Shown here: positions 26,165 to 32,828 of the stretch, one piece after another | How positions within the stretch are numbered: the first letter of the stretch is position 1 | Layout of the letters: each line of letters begins with the position of its first letter | From: Nostoc sp. DedSLP01 | GTDB taxonomy: Bacteria > Cyanobacteriota > Cyanobacteriia > Cyanobacteriales > Nostocaceae | Assembly (NCBI GenBank): GCA_034530875.2 | Contig: JAVRCJ020000059.1 | Coordinates: forward strand, 1 to 32,828 | Direction: 5' to 3' | DNA length: 32,828 nucleotides | Program-made: the position numbers and the translations under genes | The notes under the pieces: model-generated | Databases searched by the model: none | The model's input: only the letters and a program-made list of their open reading frames with translations | What the model was told of the DNA's origin: nothing

Positions 26165-28987
26165 ATGTTTAATAAAACTAACACAAACAACGGTACTGGT
26201 TCTCAAAATCGGTCATCGCTAATTTCATCTCAAACAGGTATTAGTAGTGGAGTAAAGCTTCAAGGTAAGGCTACTACTGAAACTGGTAGTAATTCTAATC
26301 AAGGTTTTGGGTATTTTACAAAGCTCAGTTTAGCGACGAAAGCGACAATTTTAGCGATCGCTATTGGTACAATACCAGTATTGGGTATAGGTGCGATCGC
26401 TTTTACTGTTGCTCACAAATCTATTAGTAAGCAAATTACCCAGTCTCAGCAAGCCGCAGCCATCGGTTTAACCGATAAAATAAACCGTTTCATGTTGGCA
26501 CGCTATGGAGACATCCAAGTAATATCTAGTTTGCCATTTCTGACAAACTCTCAACTTAGCAACAGCACAAGTACGAAAGAAAAGCAAGCAGTTTTAGATC
26601 GGGTTGTAGAAGCTTACAAAGCTTATGACAGTGTTGCGATTTTCGATCGCGAAGGTAGCTTAATAGTTCAATCTACAGGCGAACCTCTGGAAAATCAAAA
26701 AGACCAGAAATATTTTCAAGATGTTCTGTCAAAAGATGCTCCTGTTATTAGTAATCCAGAAGCAGCAACAAGTAATCGTGTAGCGAATATTTATATAGCT
26801 GCACCGATTAAAAATACATATAGCGGTCAAACAACTGGCATAGTTCGAGCGCGGATGCCTGTAAAATCTTTAGATGAAGTCATCAAAAACTACGCGGTTA
26901 ATGGACAACAATACCAAGTACTTGATGCTGGCGGAACAGTTTTCTTGACTCCACAACAAAAATTATTGGGCAAAGATGCAAAGACAGAATATCGAAATTT
27001 AGCTAAACTGCTTACAGCAAAAAAAGCAGATAGTTTTATTGAAACTCCTAAAAATTATCAAAAACAACAACTAGTTAGTTACGTACCATCAACTAAGTTA
27101 GATGGTTTGCCGGATTTGAATTGGCAGGTACTTTTGTCTACAAACACAGCAATTGTATTTGAGCCGCAAAGACAATTGCTGTGGGTTATAGGTATCGGCA
27201 CTGGATTGACGGCTTTGATTGTAGCAGCGATCGCATCTAAATTAGCGAAAGTGGCTACACAACCAATTCTCAATGCAACTGCGGCGTTAGCAAAGCTACA
27301 TCAAGGAAAATTAAATACCCGTTTAGACAGCCAAAGAGCAGATGAATTAGGGGTATTGAGTGCAAATATTAACCAGATAGCCGAACAATTAGAGGTATTA
27401 TCTCAGGAAGAAGAAGTAGAGGTTCAAGGGGCAGATTTACTAGCAGATATTACTCTAAAAATTCGGAAAGTTCTGAAAACAGAAGATATTTATCAAGCAT
27501 CAGTTAAAGAAGTTCACCAAGCAATAAAAACAGACCGAGTAATTATTGTTCGTTTAAATTCAGATGCTAAAGATGGTGTCATAGTTGCTGAATCAGTAAG
27601 TGGTAATTGGCCCGAAACTATGGGAGCGCAAATTGGCGATCGCTATTTTTGGGAACACCATATAGAAAATTATCAAAATAACCGCCTGCAAACAGTTGCC
27701 AACATTTATTTAGACCAAAACTTGAAAGATGCTGAGAGTTATCTTCAACTATTAGAAAAATTTGCTGTTAAAGGTTATCTGATTGCACCGATTTTTATCC
27801 AAGAGCAAATTTTCGGCTTATTAATTACTCATAATTGCCAAACTTCTCGTAATTGGCAACAGCCAGAAATTAGCTTGTTTCAACAGATAACAACTCAAAT
27901 TAGTTATGCCTTAGAAGAAGCCAAGTTACTAGAGGAAATAGAACAAGTCAAAAATGGTGCAGTCAAAGTTTCTAATGAAGAAAGCCAACAAAAAGAATCA
28001 CTGCAACAACAACTTTTAGAACTACTCGATGACATAGAAGGTGCAGCCAGAGGTGACTTAACAGTGCGTGCAGACGTAACTGCTGGGGAAATAGGCACTG
28101 TTGCCGACTTTTTTAACTCCATTGTCGAAAGTCTGCGGGATATCGTTACCCAAGTTAAACAAGCAGCTACTCAAGTAAATACTGCCATCGGCTCTAACGA
28201 AGGAGCCATCCACCAATTAGCCGAGGAAGCACTCACCCAAGCTGCTCAAATCAACCGCACCCTCGATGCTGTTGACGTAATGACCCAATCTATCCAAGCC
28301 GTAGCCGCAAGTGCCGAAAAAGCAGCCTCTATTGCCAATCATGCTGCTCACAACGCCACCCAAAGCGGACATGCAATGGATTTGACAGTACAAAATATCC
28401 TGTCTATGCGGGAAACTGTTGGTGAAACTGCCAAAAAAGTCAAGCGCCTTGGCGAATCTTCACAACAAATTTCCCGCGTGGTTTCTTTAATTAACCAAAT
28501 CGCCATTCAAACCAACTTGCTGGCAATTAACGCTGGTATTGAAGCAGCGCGCGCAGGTGAAGAAGCTCAAGGTTTTGCCGTTGTTGCCGAAGAAGTCGGC
28601 GAACTAGCAATTCGCAGTGCGGCTGCAACCCAAGAAATTGAAGAAATTGTCGAGAATATCCAACGAGAAACCAGCGAAGTGGTGCAGGCGATGGAAATCG
28701 GTACTAGCCAAGTGGTGGAAGGTACTCGAATTGTAGAGGAGGCAAAGGGAAGTCTAAGTCAGATTTTCGATGTATCGCGTCAAATTGACTTTTTAGTACA
28801 GTCAATTTCCAGCGCAACTGCATCTCAGGTAGAAACATCACAAAGTGTCAGCCAATTAATGAAAGACATTGCTGCTGTATCCCAACGCACCAGCGATTCT
28901 TCTGTACAAATTTTCCAATCTCTGCATGAAACTGTGGAAATCTCCCAACAATTGCAAGAGACTGTGGGAACTTTCAAAGTTAGCTAA
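26165..28987 (+). CDS. Methyl-accepting chemotaxis protein (TM-Cache-TM-HAMP-GAF-HAMP-MA)
   Basis: Two TM helices around a periplasmic Cache-like domain, DELGVL HAMP, one GAF (DRVII...VAESV...RNWQQPE), and signalling tip [18 protein letters not shown]. Confidence 0.95.
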   Translation: MFNKTNTNNGTGSQNRSSLISSQTGISSGVKLQGKATTETGSNSNQGFGYFTKLSLATKATILAIAIGTIPVLGIGAIAFTVAHKSISKQITQSQQAAAIGLTDKINRFMLARYGDIQVISSLPFLTNSQLSNSTSTKEKQAVLDRVVEAYKAYDSVAIFDREGSLIVQSTGEPLENQKDQKYFQDVLSKDAPVISNPEAATSNRVANIYIAAPIKNTYSGQTTGIVRARMPVKSLDEVIKNYAVNGQQYQVLDAGGTVFLTPQQKLLGKDAKTEYRNLAKLLTAKKADSFIETPKNYQKQQLVSYVPSTKLDGLPDLNWQVLLSTNTAIVFEPQRQLLWVIGIGTGLTALIVAAIASKLAKVATQPILNATAALAKLHQGKLNTRLDSQRADELGVLSANINQIAEQLEVLSQEEEVEVQGADLLADITLKIRKVLKTEDIYQASVKEVHQAIKTDRVIIVRLNSDAKDGVIVAESVSGNWPETMGAQIGDRYFWEHHIENYQNNRLQTVANIYLDQNLKDAESYLQLLEKFAVKGYLIAPIFIQEQIFGLLITHNCQTSRNWQQPEISLFQQITTQISYALEEAKLLEEIEQVKNGAVKVSNEESQQKESLQQQLLELLDDIEGAARGDLTVRADVTAGEIGTVADFFNSIVESLRDIVTQVKQAATQVNTAIGSNEGAIHQLAEEALTQAAQINRTLDAVDVMTQSIQAVAASAEKAASIANHAAHNATQSGHAMDLTVQNILSMRETVGETAKKVKRLGESSQQISRVVSLINQIAIQTNLLAINAGIEAARAGEEAQGFAVVAEEVGELAIRSAAATQEIEEIVENIQRETSEVVQAMEIGTSQVVEGTRIVEEAKGSLSQIFDVSRQIDFLVQSISSATASQVETSQSVSQLMKDIAAVSQRTSDSSVQIFQSLHETVEISQQLQETVGTFKVS

Positions 28988-28994
28988 GTTTTCT

Positions 28995-29122
28995 CATTAG
29001 TCATCGATCGTTTGTTATTTGTCCTTTGTCTTGTGTCATTTGTCTTCGTATTTTGCTCATGGACTAATAACTAATGACCAATGACTAATGACCAATAATC
29101 AATCAGCAACGACTAAGGACAA
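28995..29122. repeat. STRR2-like inverted heptamer tracts
   Basis: (TTTGTCA-like)n faces (AATGACT/AATGACC)n. Confidence 0.75.
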
Positions 29123-29127
29123 AAACC

Positions 29128-32115
29128 ATGCTCAATGACAAAGAATTAGAAATCCAGATGCAGTTTCTGGAAGAAGCAACTGATTACTTGAATACTCTGG
29201 AAGGAGTATTACTAGAAATCGATACTAGCAACCGCATTGACTTAGAGAAAATCAATGCTGCACTCCGCGCTGCTCATTCTATTAAAGGTGGTGCGGCGAT
29301 GATGGGATTTAAATCTCTTAGCGATTTATCCCATCGTTTAGAAGATTCTTTTAAAGTTTTAAAAACTCGCAAAAATTCCTTAGAAATTGATACTCAACTA
29401 CAAAGTTTATTGCTTTCTGGTGTTGATTGGTTGCGTCAAATTGTTGAGTTGCTGGCACAAGGAAATCTTGTTGAAGAACAGTGGTTAGCAACTTTTTGCT
29501 ATCCAATTTTTGATGAGTTGCATCAACGCTTGGGCGACCCCAGTCCTGAAGATGCCACAACTATGTTATCTCCAGAAGATGGGCAGGATGTGATTCCTTT
29601 GCTATTTGAAACAGAAGTAGAGGAATGTTTGCAGCGTTTAGAATCTGCGTTGGCAAATAGCCAGGGGTCTAATTTACAAGAAGAATTTGCTGTGATGGCA
29701 GCGGAATTAGGCGGCTTGGGCGAAATGCTCCAGTTAACAGCTTTTAGCAAGCTTTGTGAGTCGGTAACCCAGGAATTAGCCACTGCAAATAGCGATCGCA
29801 GCATTTACGAAATCGCTCAATCGGCATTGCAAGCATGGCGGCGATCGCAAGCTTTGGTATTGACAAATCAATTAGATAATTTACCTACAAAAATTCAATT
29901 TGGCGATTTTACCCAACCACAGCCACTATTAGAACCAGAAGCAATACCACAGTTAATTGACACGAATGCAACTGACACAAATATTCTGGAGACAGAATTA
30001 GTCTCAACATCTACAGAAAATCAACATGAAACAGTTGCGGCTAATTTTACATTTTTAGATGCAGAATTTACTGAAGATATTAATGCTGTAAATATTACAG
30101 AGCAAAATACAATATTTGCTAGAGAACATCACACTACAGATACGAAGTTAACTGTTGGTAAAGAACGGGAAATTCAAGATAATACAGTTCGAGTTCCCAG
30201 CAAACAGTTAGAACAAATTAACGATTTATTTGGGGAACTGGTTGTTCAGCGCAATGGTTTAAATGCACAATTAGAAAGATTACGCAAACTCGTGCGCAAT
30301 CTCAACCAGCGAGTGCAAATTCTCGACCGAGAAAACCGAGAATTACGCACAGCTTACAGTAAAATTTCTACTCAAATTCCAATATCTGGTAGCGAACAAG
30401 CTTCAGTTGTTGAAAATAATCATCACATAGTAGACACAGAAAATAATGGCTTACAAACGGAACGCTATAACGATTTAAACTTGCGATCGCAGGAAGTTAT
30501 GGAAACCATTGTTCAGCTACAAGAAGTCACAACTGATGTGCAATTAAGCGTAGATGATACAGACCAAATTGCTCGCAAATTAAATAAAACATCAAAACAA
30601 TTACAAACCAAACTCAACCATATCCGGATGCGACCGCTATCGGATTTAGTTGACCGTTTTCCGAGAGCTATACGTGACTTAAATGTAGAGTATGGTAAGA
30701 ACGTACAGTTAAAAATTGAAGGCGGTAATACTCTCATTGAACGCAGCATTTTAGAAGCATTGAATGAGCCTTTAATGCACTTATTAAGAAATGCCTTCGA
30801 TCATGGTATCGAAGACGCTGCTACCCGTCACCTTCTCGGAAAACCAGAACAAGGATTAATAGAAATTAAAGCAACTCATCATAGCAATCGCACGCTTATT
30901 AGTATACGTGATGACGGTTGGGGCATTTCTCTAGAGAAAATTCGCACCCGCGCCTTAGGTATGGGATTGGATGCTTCTCTTATTACTAATGCTAGTGATG
31001 ATGAACTGTTATCGCTAATTTTTGAACCAGGTTTTAGCACTTCCGAACAAGTGACAACATTATCTGGTCGCGGTGTGGGGATGGATGTAGTTCGTAACAA
31101 CCTTAAATTGATTCGAGGAGATATCAAAGTTGATACGGAACCAGGAGTTGGTACAACCTTCACCCTTTCAGTACCATTTACACTTTCTGTCGGACGAGTA
31201 TTGCTAGTAGAAATTAACAAAATGCTATTGGCATTCCCTACAGATGTTATTTCTGAAATATCGCTACTCCAAAACGACCGAATTTTTCAAATGGCAGAAA
31301 GCGAAGTTTTGAATTGGCAAGGAACTATGTTGCCGCTAATTCGCTTGAGTCGCTACTTACAATTTAATTGCCTGCGTTACGATAGCGCAGAACTAGAAAC
31401 TCCGGCAGCAATTAATGTTAATAGCGTCTTAGTAGTTAAAGGAAATAATCAGCCAGTAGCGATACAAATAGATCGTTGTTGGGGTGAACAAGAAGTTGCT
31501 ATTCGCCAAGTCGAAGGAAGTATAACTCTACCCCAAGGCTTTAGCAACTGTACAATTCTTGGCGATGGTCGAGTAGTACCGCTAGTTAATATTAATGAAT
31601 TGCTTTATTGGATTGCTAGCAATCAGCGCACTCCTAGAGGTACTCAATTACCATCAGCAAGATTAAAAACACCGTTTTTGATATTTGATGAAGAGAAAGT
31701 ATCAGCACCATCTAACAAATTCAAAGGCACAATTTTGATTGTCGATGACTCAATTAACGTTCGCCGCTTCTTAGCTTTAACCCTGGAAAAAGGAGGTTAT
31801 CAAGTAGAACAAGCAAAAGACGGTCAAGACGCTTTAGAAAAACTCCAAAATGGATTGAGAGTTGAAGCAGTAATTTGTGATATTGAAATGCCTCGTCTTG
31901 ATGGTTATGGCTTTTTAGGTAAGGTAAATTCCGACGTTGAAACAAAAAATATTCCAGTTGCAATGTTGACTTCTCGTAGTAGTAATAAACATCGACAGTT
32001 GGCTATGCAATTGGGTGCCAGAGCCTACTTTTCTAAACCTTACAACGAGCAAGAATTACTCCAAACATTGGAAGAAATAATTCACAATGTTGCAGAGAAA
32101 GCAGCTTCAAATTAA
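29128..32115 (+). CDS. cheA: Hybrid CheA histidine kinase with C-terminal receiver
   Basis: Hpt RAAHSIKG, HLLRNAFDHG, DDG, GFST, SGRGVGMDVV, CheW-like domain, then receiver VDDS...CDIEMP...KP. Confidence 0.96.
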   Translation: MLNDKELEIQMQFLEEATDYLNTLEGVLLEIDTSNRIDLEKINAALRAAHSIKGGAAMMGFKSLSDLSHRLEDSFKVLKTRKNSLEIDTQLQSLLLSGVDWLRQIVELLAQGNLVEEQWLATFCYPIFDELHQRLGDPSPEDATTMLSPEDGQDVIPLLFETEVEECLQRLESALANSQGSNLQEEFAVMAAELGGLGEMLQLTAFSKLCESVTQELATANSDRSIYEIAQSALQAWRRSQALVLTNQLDNLPTKIQFGDFTQPQPLLEPEAIPQLIDTNATDTNILETELVSTSTENQHETVAANFTFLDAEFTEDINAVNITEQNTIFAREHHTTDTKLTVGKEREIQDNTVRVPSKQLEQINDLFGELVVQRNGLNAQLERLRKLVRNLNQRVQILDRENRELRTAYSKISTQIPISGSEQASVVENNHHIVDTENNGLQTERYNDLNLRSQEVMETIVQLQEVTTDVQLSVDDTDQIARKLNKTSKQLQTKLNHIRMRPLSDLVDRFPRAIRDLNVEYGKNVQLKIEGGNTLIERSILEALNEPLMHLLRNAFDHGIEDAATRHLLGKPEQGLIEIKATHHSNRTLISIRDDGWGISLEKIRTRALGMGLDASLITNASDDELLSLIFEPGFSTSEQVTTLSGRGVGMDVVRNNLKLIRGDIKVDTEPGVGTTFTLSVPFTLSVGRVLLVEINKMLLAFPTDVISEISLLQNDRIFQMAESEVLNWQGTMLPLIRLSRYLQFNCLRYDSAELETPAAINVNSVLVVKGNNQPVAIQIDRCWGEQEVAIRQVEGSITLPQGFSNCTILGDGRVVPLVNINELLYWIASNQRTPRGTQLPSARLKTPFLIFDEEKVSAPSNKFKGTILIVDDSINVRRFLALTLEKGGYQVEQAKDGQDALEKLQNGLRVEAVICDIEMPRLDGYGFLGKVNSDVETKNIPVAMLTSRSSNKHRQLAMQLGARAYFSKPYNEQELLQTLEEIIHNVAEKAASN

Positions 32116-32148
32116 AATTTGTAATTCGTAATTAAAAAAGAAATTCTT

Positions 32149-32293
32149 GTAGGGTGCGTTATGCCAAAGGGTAACGCACTACTTGTTTTAATAAGCTGTT
32201 TCACATTTAAGTTGCATAACTAGGGCGGGCAAGATGCCCACCCCACAAGAGTTTGATTTAATACAATTATGCAATTTAGATTTTTTAGCTTAT
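32149..32293. repeat. REP-like palindromes and a MITE-like element
   Basis: GTAGGGTGCGTTA...TAACGCACTAC (32149-32182). Element 32191-32293 has imperfect inverted ends ATAAGCT...TTGCATAA / TTATGCAA...AGCTTAT around GGGCGGGCAAGATGCCCACCC. Confidence 0.7.
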
Positions 32294-32353
32294 CAGTAAT
32301 AATCGCCCAAGTTTTACGTAATACTATTTATATGAAATAATTTTTCTATCAAT

Positions 32354-32611
32354 TCAGTTTATAGTGAATTTATGGTAACTGTAACACTGACTGCTGTTGC
32401 TAGTGCGATCGCCACCTGTTGCAGCTAACAAAGTACCGAAGTCTAAATCGTGAGTAAAGACGATATAACCGTTAGTTCTTGCCCACTCCATAATAATTGC
32501 ATCTTTCTCACGGGGGTTGCCAATGGTAGACCAGTGGACAGATGAAATATTGTACCTCTGAAAAACCGCAACCCAATCAGGGGAAAGATTCATATCAATC
32601 AAAATTTTCAT
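32354..32611 (-). pseudogene. DUF5615 PIN-like (VapC45-type) toxin, C-terminally truncated
   Basis: MKILIDMNLSP...D..IMEWA...FTHDLDFG signature. Family-like sequence ends at about residue 69, at a HIP1 site. Confidence 0.78.
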
Positions 32612-32751
32612 GCACTTTTTAGAGGAACTTCAATTTCTTCAACTCGCCATGCAGCATAGGCAAGTGCCTCATAAATGTCAGCTTCTTCTAGGTAGGGATA
32701 TGCTTTGAGAATATCGCTATTGCTGTGTCCAGATGCCATTAACCCAACAAT
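32608..32751 (-). pseudogene. 3' part of a DUF433 antitoxin gene, interrupted by an IS
   Basis: IVGLMASGHSNSDILKAYPYLEEADIYEALAYAAWRVEEIEVPLKSA*; ATGA overlap with the PIN gene. The N-terminal GGKPCIRG motif is absent from the window. Confidence 0.85.
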
Positions 32752-32828
32752 TTCAAGGGGCGACAAGCTCCCTAAAGTGCTTGCTGTATAAGCTTCATAG
32801 CCCTTAAACCTCGCTGATAATATGCCTG
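32752..32828 (-). mobile_element. End of an IS4-like element, including the transposase C-terminus
   Basis: Minus frame 32828-32772 reads QAYYQRGLRAMKLIQQAL*, like C-termini of cyanobacterial IS4-family transposases as I recall them. Putative terminal repeat TCAAGGGGCGACAAG abuts the DUF433 break. Confidence 0.7.

Noticed and set aside
12131..31963. Many short antisense ORFs inside ndh, gltA, alr, MCP and cheA
   Set aside because: They are shadow frames of well-supported genes.
24110..32115. Absence of cheR/cheB in the chemosensory operon
   Set aside because: Normal for cyanobacterial pilus-associated PatA-CheY-CheW-MCP-CheA systems.

Overview
Chromosomal window from a cyanobacterium, most likely Nostocales: there are more than 20 HIP1 GCGATCGC sites by eye and heptamer STRR arrays in most spacers. 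Left to right: a probable IS end, purQ-purS, zur (furB), an nfeD-SPFH pair, a membrane PP2C phosphatase, a small hydrophilic protein, a GT-C glycosyltransferase and an OlsB-like acyltransferase. Next is the conserved minus-strand run sixA-gltA-ndhA-ndhI-ndhG-ndhE-NAD kinase. A ~2 kb AT-rich insert follows, holding a DUF29 remnant, an EVE/PUA-like-TPR-HNH nuclease and an orphan antitoxin-like gene. Then come a DHH phosphoesterase, a 165-aa HNH nuclease, alr, tRNA-Leu(TAG) and a PatA-CheY-CheW-MCP-CheA chemosensory operon. The window ends in a broken DUF433/DUF5615 toxin-antitoxin pair interrupted by an IS4-like element. The three strongest leads are: (1) a ~135-nt multibranch structured element directly downstream of the small HNH gene; (2) the EVE-like/TPR/HNH candidate modification-dependent defence nuclease; (3) an MCP whose only CBCR-type GAF domain lacks both bilin-binding cysteines. 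All family calls come from motif recognition by eye; no searches were run.
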